NCBI GenBank assembly: GCA_963716255.1
Contig: OY970303.1
Location: 96,001 to 160,000, forward strand
Length of the DNA: 64,000 bases
Direction of reading: 5' to 3'
Origin: an uncultured Gemmatimonadales bacterium
GTDB lineage: Bacteria > Gemmatimonadota > Gemmatimonadetes > Longimicrobiales > Longimicrobiaceae
In this document: positions 31,892 to 41,421 of the stretch, piece by piece
Layout: the number at the start of each line of letters is the position of its first letter
Position numbering within the stretch: position 1 is the first letter of the stretch
Position numbers and translations under genes: made by a program
Notes under the pieces: model-generated
The model's input: the letters and a program-made list of their open reading frames with translations, nothing else
What the model was told of the DNA's origin: nothing
The model's database searches: none

Positions 31892-33536
31892 CGCGATCCA
31901 CCCGGCGGCCCCCGTCGCCAGCGCGCACCTGGACACCTTCGCGCGCGACCACCTGCCGCCGCCGGAGCTGTGCCCCACACTGGACTACACCGGGCTCCCC
32001 GAGCTGGACTACCCCCCGCGCCTCAACTGCGCCGCCGAGCTGCTGGACCGCCAGTTGCGGGCCGGGCACGGCGACCGCGCCGCCATCCTCGCGGCGGGGA
32101 CCCGCTGGACGTACCAGGAGCTGCTGGAAATCACCAGCCGCATCGCCGGCGTCCTCCGGGACGAGCTCGGGCTGGTCCCCGGCAACCGCGTCCTCCTCCG
32201 CGGCCCCAACAACCCCATGATGGCCGCGTGCTGGCTCGCCGTGCTCCGGGCCGGCGGCATCTGCGTCGCCACCATGCCGCTGCTGCGCCAGCGGGAGCTC
32301 GCGTACGCCGCGCAGAAGGCCCGCGCGCGCTTCGCGCTCACCGACGCGCGCCTCGCCGACGACCTGGAGGCCGCCGCCGCCTCCGCGCCAACGCTGGAGC
32401 GCATCGTCCGCTTCGGCGCCCCCGAGGAAGCCGGCTCGCTGGAAGCCCTGATGCGCGGCCGGCCGGCGGAGTTCCCCGCCGTGGACACCGCCGCCGACGA
32501 CGTCGCGATGATCGCCTTCACCTCGGGGACCACCGGCCAGCCCAAGGGCGCCGTGCACACCCACCGCGACGTGCTCGCCGCCTCCGACTGCTTCCCCGGG
32601 CACGTGCTGCGCCCCACCGCCGACGACGTCTTCTGCGGCTCGCCGCCGCTGGCCTTCACCTTCGGGCTCGGCGGGCTGCTCCTGTTCCCGCTGCGCGCCG
32701 GCGCGGCCACGCTGCTGCTGGAGCAGCCCACCCCGCCCAACCTCCTCCAGGCCATCCAGGAGCACCGCGCCACCCTCTGCTTCACCGCGCCCATCGCCTA
32801 CCGGGCCATGGCCGAGCAGGCCGCCGGCTACGACCTGCGGTCGCTGCGCAGCTGCGTGTCCGCGGGGGAGACCCTTCCCCTCCCCACCTGGGAAGCGTTC
32901 CGCGAGGCCACCGGCATCTCCATCATCGACGGCATCGGCTCCACCGAGATGCTCCACATCTTCATCGCCTCGCCCGTGGAGGAGATCCGCCCCGGCTCCA
33001 CCGGCCGCGTCGTGCCCGGCTACCGGGCGCGCGTCATCGACCCCGAGGGAAACCCCGTTCCCCCGGGGACGCTGGGCCGCCTGGCCGTACAGGGCCCCAC
33101 CGGGTGCCGCTACCTGGACGACCCCGAGCGCCAGCGCGTGTACGTGCACGACGGTTGGAACCTGACGGGCGACACCTACGTGATGGACGAGGACGGGTAC
33201 TTCTGGTACCAGGCGCGCAACGACGACATGATCATCTCCGCCGGCTACAACATCGCCGGCCCCGAGGTGGAGAGCGCGCTCCTGGACCACCCGGCGGTGG
33301 CCGAGTGCGGCGTGGTGGGCGCCCCGGACCCGGAGCGCGGGCAGGTGGTCAAGGCGTTCGTGGTGCTCCGCGAGGGGCACGTGCCCGGCCCGGAGATGGT
33401 CAAGGAGCTCCAGGACTTCGTCAAGCGCGAGATCGCCCCCTACAAGTACCCGCGGCAGGTGGAATTCGTGGACGCCCTTCCCCGCACGCAGACCGGCAAG
33501 CTCCAGCGGTTCCGGTTGCGCGAACAGGAAGCGTGA
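31884..33536 (+). CDS. Aryl-CoA ligase (2-aminobenzoate-CoA ligase-like)
   Basis: [43 protein letters not shown]. Confidence 0.9.
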   Translation: MADAIHPAAPVASAHLDTFARDHLPPPELCPTLDYTGLPELDYPPRLNCAAELLDRQLRAGHGDRAAILAAGTRWTYQELLEITSRIAGVLRDELGLVPGNRVLLRGPNNPMMAACWLAVLRAGGICVATMPLLRQRELAYAAQKARARFALTDARLADDLEAAAASAPTLERIVRFGAPEEAGSLEALMRGRPAEFPAVDTAADDVAMIAFTSGTTGQPKGAVHTHRDVLAASDCFPGHVLRPTADDVFCGSPPLAFTFGLGGLLLFPLRAGAATLLLEQPTPPNLLQAIQEHRATLCFTAPIAYRAMAEQAAGYDLRSLRSCVSAGETLPLPTWEAFREATGISIIDGIGSTEMLHIFIASPVEEIRPGSTGRVVPGYRARVIDPEGNPVPPGTLGRLAVQGPTGCRYLDDPERQRVYVHDGWNLTGDTYVMDEDGYFWYQARNDDMIISAGYNIAGPEVESALLDHPAVAECGVVGAPDPERGQVVKAFVVLREGHVPGPEMVKELQDFVKREIAPYKYPRQVEFVDALPRTQTGKLQRFRLREQEA

Positions 33537-33560
33537 TGAGGACGGATGGGTACGCCCGGT

Positions 33561-33692
33561 TCGGGCGTGCCCCCGGCTGGCGCCGGGGTCGGGCTTCGGC
33601 TCCGTAACGCACGATAAAACTGTGCGTAACGGAGTCGAGCCCCGGCAAACTGCCGCCGGGTCTCGCCCCTTCGGGCCGTAATCCCTCACGCG
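33561..33692 (+). repeat. Repeat family A, copy 6
   Basis: Matches consensus. Confidence 0.95.
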
Positions 33693-33741
33693 AGGCATCG
33701 CACTGGCGTCCGCAGCGATGCCCGACTTACAAGGATTCCGC

Positions 33742-34149
33742 ATGACGCAGGGAATGCAGCTCCTCCAGCCCGACGGCTGGGCCGCGCCGAAGGGCTACGC
33801 CAACGGCGTCGCCGCCAGCGGGCGCATCGTCGTCACCGCTGGCCAGATCGGCTGGGACCCGGCCACCGGCGAGTTCGCCAGCGACGACTTCGCCGCGCAG
33901 ACCGGGCAGGCGCTCCGCAACGTCGCCGCCGTCCTCGCCGAGGCCGGCGCCGCACCGGAGCACCTGGTGCGCCTCACCTGGTACGTCACCGACCGCGACG
34001 CCTACCTGGCCGCCACCCGCGAGATCGGCCGCGCCTACCGCGACATCTTCGGCCGCCACTTCCCGGCGATGGCCGTGGTGGTGGTCGCCGGCCTGCTGGA
34101 GGCCCGGGCCCGGGTGGAGATCGAGGCCACGGCGGTGATCCCCGGCTGA
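33742..34149 (+). CDS. RidA/YjgF family protein
   Basis: PKGYANG, AGQIGWD, HFPAM, VEIEATAV. Confidence 0.9.
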   Translation: MTQGMQLLQPDGWAAPKGYANGVAASGRIVVTAGQIGWDPATGEFASDDFAAQTGQALRNVAAVLAEAGAAPEHLVRLTWYVTDRDAYLAATREIGRAYRDIFGRHFPAMAVVVVAGLLEARARVEIEATAVIPG

Positions 34150-34230
34150 GCCCTGGCGCCCCGCCGCGCCCCGCACGATCTTGCCGCCGCGCCGCACGCG
34201 ATCCGTCCACGCACCCTCACCGGGACCACG

Positions 34231-34635
34231 ATGATCTTCCTTTACCACGCGCACTCCGGGCTCCGCTACCTCGTCCTCCTCGTCGGCTTCCTGGCCGTCC
34301 TCTACCTGGCGTTCGGGCTGCTGACCCGCCGCCCCTTCGACGGTCCCGCGCGCGGCCTCGCCGCCGCCTTCACGGGAATGCTCGACCTGCAGATGGTCTT
34401 CGGCATCCTGCTGCTCTTCTTCCGGCCGTTCTACCCGGCGCTCATCGGGCACGTCGTGACCATGCTGCTCGCCATCGCCGCGGCGCACGGCTTCGCGGTC
34501 GCCGCGAAGAAGGCCGCCGACCCGCGGCGCAGGTACGGGCTGGCGCTCACCGGCGTCGCGCTCGCGCTGCTGCTCATCGCGGGCGGTATCATGTCCATCG
34601 GCCGCGGCCTGTTCCAGACGACCGTGGGGTCTTGA
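34231..34635 (+). CDS. Hypothetical four-TM membrane protein
   Basis: AHSGLRYLVL and four hydrophobic segments. Confidence 0.75.
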   Translation: MIFLYHAHSGLRYLVLLVGFLAVLYLAFGLLTRRPFDGPARGLAAAFTGMLDLQMVFGILLLFFRPFYPALIGHVVTMLLAIAAAHGFAVAAKKAADPRRRYGLALTGVALALLLIAGGIMSIGRGLFQTTVGS

Positions 34636-34898
34636 CGGGACCGGACGCTCCGGGAAGCGGCGCCGCCACGGCGGGGGACTCCGCGCCGGCGCGGCCCGTC
34701 CTGCGCACCGCCGACCTCTCGGGCCGCGAGCGCTACCAGCTCCTCACCTCCCTGGGGGTGCGGCTCTCGGAGGCGGTGCGGCGGGTGGAGGGGACGCAAT
34801 TCGCCGACACCGAGTCGCTGCGGCCGGTCGCGCGGCTCTGGGGCGACCTGTACTCGCTCGTCGGCGAGATGCCGGCTTTGTCGCGTCCGAAAGTGTAG
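34632..34898 (+). pseudogene. Internally deleted flavin-reductase-family gene
   Basis: N-terminal RERYQLLTSL joined directly to C-terminal LRPVARLWGDLY; usual VVPRPI core absent. Confidence 0.6.
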
Positions 34899-34916
34899 CG
34901 GACTGCGACCGCGGGT

Positions 34917-35050
34917 TCGGGCGTGCCCCCGGCGGGCGCCGGGGTCGGGCTTCGGCTCCGTAAGCGAGCAAACAACGCTCGCTAACGGAGTCGAGCCCCC
35001 GCGAAACTGCCCGCGCGGTCTCGCCCCTTCGGGCCGAAATCCCTCACGCG
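34917..35050 (+). repeat. Repeat family A, copy 7
   Basis: Matches consensus. Confidence 0.95.
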
Positions 35051-35177
35051 GGTCTCGCGCTGGCGTCCGCGGCCAGGGGGGCTCGTACCCCTGTCTCCGC
35101 CGCAGCGACATTCCCGCGTAACCTCCGCTCCAACCTCTGCCCGGAGACCTTCCGCTTTGCAAGCGGACGTGCTTCGG

Positions 35178-36137
35178 TCAAAACCCCGCCACCTCCCGCA
35201 GGTAGCGCGCGTACCCCGTCGAACCCTCCCCCTCCGCCTCCTGCCACCCGCGGAAGCGGACGCGCTCGTCCCAGAAACACTCCCGCGTCCCCGCCTTCGC
35301 CGCGGCGCTCCCCCACCCCGCCTCGTCCGCCCCGATGCAGTCCGCACCCCGGCCGTGCGGAAACGGACGCGCGCGGCTCCCGGCGTTCTGCCGGAGCGAC
35401 GCCACCGGGAAGCGGCGCGCCGCGTGGTTTCCGCCGCAGCCGTCGTAGCTCCAGTGGCCGCCGGCGCACGCCCCCGCGGTGGGGTAGCCGCCGTGCTTGC
35501 CGTGCGCCACCCACACCACCGGCGCGCCCCGCGTCTGTCCGCCCGCCCAGGCGAACCGCTCCAGCTCGGCCCCCTCGAACCACCGGCACCGCCCGTCCGA
35601 GCGGCCGTGGCAGTGCGCCGACAGGAACACGCGCTCCGCCGCCCAGCGCCCCGCCCCCGGGTCGAACGCCGCGTCCACCACCACCAGCTCGGAGTCGCCC
35701 GGGTGGCCGCGGCACAGCCACCCCGTCACGCGGCAGACGGGGAGCCGCCACCCGCAGTCGCGGTAGTACGCCGGCATGTACGCGATCCTCATCCCCGCGC
35801 CCGCCGGCACGCGCTGTACCGCGTACAGGTACTCGCCGCCCAGCCGTCCCTCCCCCACGCTCGCGTCCCACCCGCACTCCCGCGCGTCCACCCGCAGCTC
35901 GGGCGCGAAAGCCTCCGCCAGCGCGTGCTCGCAGCCGTCCGCCACCCCGTCCAGGTCGCGGTCGGCGGCGCGTGGGCCCTCCGCCGTGCAATCCGCCTCC
36001 GGCCAACCCACGGCCAGCCCGGCCGCCGCCTCCGCGCCCGCGGGCGACCCGCGGTCGGAGTCCGGCGAAACCGCCGTCCCACCACCCGCGCACGCGGCCA
36101 CGACGCTCGCGAGGAGCACCCTCGCCAGGAAACGCAC
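35178..36137 (-). CDS. Hypothetical lipoprotein
   Basis: GAGG RBS with GTG start; lipobox VAAC; DRDLDGVADGCE; HPGDSE; VAHGKHGGY. Confidence 0.72.
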   Translation of the reverse strand: MRFLARVLLASVVAACAGGGTAVSPDSDRGSPAGAEAAAGLAVGWPEADCTAEGPRAADRDLDGVADGCEHALAEAFAPELRVDARECGWDASVGEGRLGGEYLYAVQRVPAGAGMRIAYMPAYYRDCGWRLPVCRVTGWLCRGHPGDSELVVVDAAFDPGAGRWAAERVFLSAHCHGRSDGRCRWFEGAELERFAWAGGQTRGAPVVWVAHGKHGGYPTAGACAGGHWSYDGCGGNHAARRFPVASLRQNAGSRARPFPHGRGADCIGADEAGWGSAAAKAGTRECFWDERVRFRGWQEAEGEGSTGYARYLREVAGF

Positions 36138-36610
36138 CGCCTCTTTCCAAGCCCCAGCTCCAGGATCCATACGGATTCACATCGTTCCCTGGTGTGACTC
36201 GCCCGCGCCGCCCGCCACATGCACCATTGGGGCGACATTGACACGACCCTCAATGGAACTGTACCACCGCCGCCCCGATCCGGTGGCGATCCGGTGTCCC
36301 ACCCGTGGCGCCGGGCGAGGATTCCACCGCCCGGGAGCGAAGCCGTAACCTCCGCTCCAGGAGGCATCTTGCCGTGTAAACAGATACTGGAGCGACAATC
36401 CGGGCCCGGCGCTTGCCGCGCCGTCCACCCGCGTGTGCCGCCCGGCACGCGCATCTCGCCGCCGCACCCGGCACGTGCAGAAGCCGCCCGCGACATGACC
36501 GGAGCGGGCATGCCTGCTCCCATGAGGCATGGCCCGTTCCACACCCTTTGCGGGGCCCCTGCACCGGGCGCGGCAACCCTCTCCTTCCCACCCGGGACCC
36601 GAGGTGCTCC

Positions 36611-39073
36611 ATGAGCAAGAACGACGACGAAGCCGCCGCCAAGCCGCCCACCGGCTTCAAGGCCGCAGCCGCGCAGCCGGACGACGGCTTCGCGGAGTTC
36701 CTGAAGGCGTTCGCGCCCGCGCTGCGGAGCGGCCTGGACGATCCGGCGTCCGCCGACCCGGCGGGCGGCCTGCCGCCCACCGACGACGTCGCGCTGGCCA
36801 CGCATCTCTCCGAGCGGCTGTTCACCGAGGAGCTGGCGCGCCGCTTCTTTCCCCGCGAGGCCGCGGAGATCCTGGGCCCCGGCGGCGAGTGGCGCTGGTG
36901 CCTTCCCCTGGTGCGCTGCTGCTGGATGTTCGGGTGGCTGGTGTGCCGCGGCTGCCGCGACTACCAGGCGCTCAACTACTACCTGTACCGCTACTGGCTG
37001 TGCGTGCGCGCGGCCCTGGGGCGCGACCCGCGCACCCAGGTGTCCGGCCGGGAAAGGGAAGAGTTCCGCGCGCTGGCCGCGCTGCTGGGCAAAACCTACT
37101 CCGCGTGGCTCAAGGAAGAGGAGATGAAGGTGGCGCTGGACGCCGGCGCGGTGGACGACGTGCTCGCCGGCCGCACCGACTGCTGCCGCGACAACGCCTT
37201 CACCGCGGCGCTCTTCGACCGCCTGGCCACCCAGGAGGCCGCCGAGGCGCTGCTGGGGCGCGAGGCGTTCGCCCAGCACGCAAAGCACCCGTGGTTCTGG
37301 CTCTGCCGCTGCTGGTGCCGCGCCGCCATCCGCTTCGGGTGCTGCCTGGCCTGCGCGCGCTCGCACGAGGACATGCGGCGCTGCCTGGCCGAGTACCAGC
37401 GCAGCCTGGCGGACTGCGTGGGGCCGCTGCGCTGCGAGCTGACCCGCCCCACCGGGTGCTTCGAGGAGCAGCCCATCCTGGAGATCGAGGACCTGGGCGT
37501 GCCCGTCACCGGCACCGCCATGGGCGCGTTCTTCGGCGGCTACACGCTGGAATGGCGCTTCGTGGAGGGCGAGGAGTGCGGCGGGCCGAGCGGGTGGAGC
37601 TCGGTGGGGGTGGTGTACCCCGGCGGCGGGGCCGCGGGCTCCGCGCCGGTGCTCAACGGCACGCTGGGGTGGATCAAGACCCGGCTCCTCCCCGCCCGCT
37701 CGTACGAGGTGCGCGTCTGCCTGAGGACGTCCCGGCCCGGCACCGCGCCGCCGTGCTGCTGCATCATCTTCAACCTGTTCAAGCGCTTCGTGTGGATCAA
37801 CCGGGTGGGCGCCGGCTGGGTGGGCGACAGCGGCGTCTTCGACCCCGACGCGCCGCTGGTGCACCCGCCCGTCCCCGATCCCGCGTCGCACCTGGTGCCG
37901 GTGGGGTGCTGCGTCAACGTGCACGGCGCCGCCTGGGTGGGCGAGTGCAACGACCGCCGCATCCGCTGCTTCTCGCTGCGCTACGCGCCCAACTTCCTCC
38001 CCGGCTCCACTCAGCCGGGGTTCAACCCCGCGGTCTACGTCCCGCTCCCCGGCCAGCCCCCGGTGTGCTACACGCCCCCCGACGAGGCCGAGAAGCGCGC
38101 CCAGCCCAACGAGCTGACCGCCAACGACAGCATCCTGACCACGCAGTGGCAGCAGGTGACCGTCGACCTGTCCTCGTGGTTCGGGCTTCCGCCGCACACC
38201 ATCGAGCACAAGGAGTGGCACCTGCAGCCGCACTGCTTCGAATCCGGGAGCCTGCCGGCGTGCCTGGACGACGAGCACACCTGCGGCAGCGGGCGGTACA
38301 CCCTGCTGCTGGACGTGGAGGACACGCTGGGGAACCACTACTACGACACCCAGCACGTGTGGTTCGACAACAAGCGGCTGCACCTCCTGCTGGGCGGGCT
38401 GGAGGGGCTGCAGTCGTGCCAGACGCTGTCGATGAGGAGGTTCACGGGGAGCCGGCCCTGCGCGTCGCCGTGGCCGCTGCCGGTGATGGGCACCGCGTAC
38501 GACGAGTACATCATCCCCAAGGACCACAGCTACCCCAGCGACAACTTCGACTTCTACACCCTCACCATCACCCGCAACTGCGGCGGGCCCACCTACCAGG
38601 TGCCCATCACGCGCGACCTGGTGAACTTCGACAAGGACATCCTCACGGGCGCGGTGGACCCGCTCAAGGGGACGGCACACGTGGGCGTCCCCGCGCCGGT
38701 GTGCGCGTGCGACCCCAGCCTGGGGCCGGCGATGCACGGCGTGCTCACGCTGCTCGACATGCGCATCTTCGACGCCACCTGCGCGCCCCTGCTGCCGGCC
38801 CCGTTCCGTCCGCCGCCGGGGTTCGCGCTGCAGCGCGGCGAGTGCTGCGCGTACGCCATCCAGCTCTGCGGCCAGGACAAGACGGTGAACGACCTGGGCC
38901 CCGGGCAATGCCATTATGGGTGCACGCCCTGCTGCGCCATCACCGTCTGCAACGACCTGCAGCGCGAGGAGGCCGTGATCGCCGCCGGGGCGTACGACGT
39001 GGGCGACATGCTCGTGCGGGGCTCCCAGACCGCCGAGCCGGGCTCCGGCGCCGCGGCCGAGCCGGCCGGCTGA
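36611..39073 (+). CDS. Large cysteine-rich hypothetical protein
   Basis: GAGG RBS; GC3-biased ORF; many CC/CCC/CxC clusters. Confidence 0.8.
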   Translation: MSKNDDEAAAKPPTGFKAAAAQPDDGFAEFLKAFAPALRSGLDDPASADPAGGLPPTDDVALATHLSERLFTEELARRFFPREAAEILGPGGEWRWCLPLVRCCWMFGWLVCRGCRDYQALNYYLYRYWLCVRAALGRDPRTQVSGREREEFRALAALLGKTYSAWLKEEEMKVALDAGAVDDVLAGRTDCCRDNAFTAALFDRLATQEAAEALLGREAFAQHAKHPWFWLCRCWCRAAIRFGCCLACARSHEDMRRCLAEYQRSLADCVGPLRCELTRPTGCFEEQPILEIEDLGVPVTGTAMGAFFGGYTLEWRFVEGEECGGPSGWSSVGVVYPGGGAAGSAPVLNGTLGWIKTRLLPARSYEVRVCLRTSRPGTAPPCCCIIFNLFKRFVWINRVGAGWVGDSGVFDPDAPLVHPPVPDPASHLVPVGCCVNVHGAAWVGECNDRRIRCFSLRYAPNFLPGSTQPGFNPAVYVPLPGQPPVCYTPPDEAEKRAQPNELTANDSILTTQWQQVTVDLSSWFGLPPHTIEHKEWHLQPHCFESGSLPACLDDEHTCGSGRYTLLLDVEDTLGNHYYDTQHVWFDNKRLHLLLGGLEGLQSCQTLSMRRFTGSRPCASPWPLPVMGTAYDEYIIPKDHSYPSDNFDFYTLTITRNCGGPTYQVPITRDLVNFDKDILTGAVDPLKGTAHVGVPAPVCACDPSLGPAMHGVLTLLDMRIFDATCAPLLPAPFRPPPGFALQRGECCAYAIQLCGQDKTVNDLGPGQCHYGCTPCCAITVCNDLQREEAVIAAGAYDVGDMLVRGSQTAEPGSGAAAEPAG

Positions 39074-39074
39074 G

Positions 39075-39383
39075 GTGGACGCCTGGCTGCGGCTGGTGCT
39101 GGCCGTGCTCGCGTGCTGGCGGGTGACGCACCTGCTGGCGCGCGAGGACGGCCCGTGGGACGTGGTGGCCCGCCTCCGCGCCGCCCTGGGCGGCGGGATG
39201 CTGGGCCGGATGATGGACTGCTTCTACTGCCTGAGCGTATGGGTGGCGCTTCCGCTGGCCCTGTTCGTCACCCCCGCTGCGGCGGAGCGGGTGGTGGCGT
39301 GGCTCGCGGTCTCGGGCGGCGCCTGCCTGCTGGAGCGGATCGGACGCGAGCCGGTGGCGTTCACGCGGCTCGACGAACCCTGA
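39075..39383 (+). CDS. DUF1360-like membrane protein
   Basis: WRVTHLLAREDGP and MDCFYCLSVW. Confidence 0.75.
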   Translation: MDAWLRLVLAVLACWRVTHLLAREDGPWDVVARLRAALGGGMLGRMMDCFYCLSVWVALPLALFVTPAAAERVVAWLAVSGGACLLERIGREPVAFTRLDEP

Positions 39384-39400
39384 GCGACGGAGGTGGACCG

Positions 39401-39688
39401 ATGGGATGCTGTGGACAGAGCCGCGCCGCGTACGGCGGCCATGACGAGGCGCGCTACCCGCAGGCGCAGCCCGCCCCCGCCCCCATGCCGTGGACGGCGG
39501 AGCCCGCGGCGGCGGCTCCCCCGGCGGGGGGGGTGCGCCTGCACTTCACCCGGCAGGCGCGGGTGCGGGTGCGGGGGCCGGTGTCGGGCACGGACTACGT
39601 GTTCTCCGGAAGCGACCCGGTGCAGAGCGTGGCCGCCGTGGACGCGGACGGGCTGCTTCGCACGGGCTACTTTCGCCGCGCGTACTGA
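39401..39688 (+). CDS. Small protein starting MGCCG
   Basis: GGAGG RBS; GPVSGTDYVF..VAAVDADGLLRTGYFRR. Confidence 0.75.
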   Translation: MGCCGQSRAAYGGHDEARYPQAQPAPAPMPWTAEPAAAAPPAGGVRLHFTRQARVRVRGPVSGTDYVFSGSDPVQSVAAVDADGLLRTGYFRRAY

Positions 39689-39712
39689 TTTGAACGGCTT
39701 TTGACGACGGAT

Positions 39713-39848
39713 TCGGGCGTGCCCCCGGCTGGCGCCGGGGTCGGGCTTCGGCTCCGTAAGGCAGCAAACAACGCTGCCTAACGGAGTCGAGCCCCGGCGC
39801 AAACAGCCCCGCCGGGTCTCGCCCCTTCGGGCCGAAATCCCTCACGCG
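39713..39848 (+). repeat. Repeat family A, copy 8
   Basis: Matches consensus. Confidence 0.95.
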
Positions 39849-39927
39849 GGGATCACGCTGACGCCCGCAGATCCGGCGGGCGAACGGCGCCGGCCCCGCC
39901 ATCACGGATGCACCTGGCGTCTGGCAA

Positions 39928-40246
39928 CTACCCCGCCGCCCCCACCAGCGCGTCCAGCCGCTTCGCCGAGAACCCGGCCGTCGCGCGGTCCCCTGCGACC
40001 ACCACGGGCCGCGTGATGAAGGTGTACTCCTCCTCCATCAGCCGCAGCATCTCGTCCTCGGACACCTCGTGCTCGTGCAGCCCCATGGCGCGGTACTTCA
40101 TGGCGCGCCGCGAGAACAGCTTGTCGGGCCCGCCGACGAAGTCCGCCAGCCGCCGCACTTCGTCGGCCGGGAGGCGGTCGGTCTTGAGCGGTCGACGGCC
40201 ACGCCCCTGCCCTCCAGGTACGCGACGGCCTTCTGGCAGGGGGTGC
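39928..40246 (-). pseudogene. 5'-truncated, frameshifted duplicate of ArsC/Spx-family gene
   Basis: Near-identical to ~50229-50538 but lacks the first ~10 codons and has a 10-bp deletion (GTCGTGGAAG). Confidence 0.88.
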
Positions 40247-40636
40247 GCTCTGCATTTCCGCGTAACCACGGCATGATCTACATCCATCTCGCCACCTGAA
40301 CCGACCCCGGCCCACCAAGATTACGTCTGGTGGGCTTACGCATATGCCGACAATCCGTCGTGTGGACTGCCGATGCGTCGACGCGAACCATCCCACCAGC
40401 GCGCTCACCACTTCGCCGAAGAAAGCCAGTGGGAATCCGGGAGACCGTGGCCGACAGAACTAACGTGCCATGAGAACCCGCCGTCCATCACGGTGCGCGA
40501 GGGTTCGCCTGAACACACCTCATACACAATGCCGAAAGCGGGGAGCGCGCTTGGCCGGCCGTGACCGCGCGGAACACAGGCGGATTGCCCCGGCTATCGC
40601 GCAGAGAACCGCTACGCCATGCATCGGGATGACACG

Positions 40637-41389
40637 ATGACAAACCAGATCAAGGTCCTCTTGCTGGCTGCCAACCCGGACAATACTACCAAACTGCACC
40701 TAGACGAGGAGGCAAGAGCCATCGCTGAAGCCATTCAATACGGGCGCGATCGCGATTCGCTCGATTTCGAGACGGCGTGGGCGGTGCGAGCCAGCGACCT
40801 GCAGCGGGTAATCCTGCACCACGAGCCCCAGATCCTGCACTTCAGCGGGCACGGCAGCAAGTCGCCGGGACTCATGATGGGAGGCGAGAACGGCGACACG
40901 CTCCCCGTCAGCGGAGAGGCGATCGCCGCCATTGTGAAGGCGGCGGCGCCCCGCATCCGGATGGTGGTCCTGAATGCCTGCCTGTCGCTCCACGTCACCC
41001 GCCGCTTCCGGAACGCCGTCGACTACACGATCGGCATGAACCAGCCGATCAGCGACCCCTCAGCGATCTGGTTCTCAGCGGCTTTCTACGGTGCGCTCGC
41101 GGCCGGTACCACGGTGGAGAAGGCATTCGAGTGGGGCATCGCCCGCCTGCTCACCCAGGGATCGAGCGAGGCCGGGGTACCCAGGCTGCTCAAGCGCAGG
41201 GGCCTTCGGACCCCGGCGGCGCTGCTTCCCGCGCCCGTACCCGAGCCAATACCCGAACCCGGACCCGCGCCCGAGCGCCTTTCGGCGCCCGCGCCGCACT
41301 ACGGCCCGAGGATCACCGCGAACGAAGTCGGAGACGTCATAACCCTCAACGGCGACAACGCCACCGTCAACACATCCCGCAAGCGATAA
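40637..41389 (+). CDS. CHAT-domain (caspase-like) protease
   Basis: VLLLAANP, LHLDEEARAI, LHFSGHG (His), VVLNAC (Cys), FYGALAAG; alternative start 40619. Confidence 0.88.
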   Translation: MTNQIKVLLLAANPDNTTKLHLDEEARAIAEAIQYGRDRDSLDFETAWAVRASDLQRVILHHEPQILHFSGHGSKSPGLMMGGENGDTLPVSGEAIAAIVKAAAPRIRMVVLNACLSLHVTRRFRNAVDYTIGMNQPISDPSAIWFSAAFYGALAAGTTVEKAFEWGIARLLTQGSSEAGVPRLLKRRGLRTPAALLPAPVPEPIPEPGPAPERLSAPAPHYGPRITANEVGDVITLNGDNATVNTSRKR

Positions 41390-41421
41390 CCCGGAGCCCG
41401 ACCACTCAGGGAGCGGAGATC

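Noticed and set aside
39928..40287. 119-aa ORF as a functional gene
   Set aside because: Its N-terminus comes from reading through a frameshift into unrelated sequence and the CxxC is lost; treated as a pseudogene
40250..40299. Possible tyrosine-recombinase remnant (VTT / MIYIHL) at the island edge
   Set aside because: Needs a frameshift and is too short to support; tBLASTn against integrases would decide
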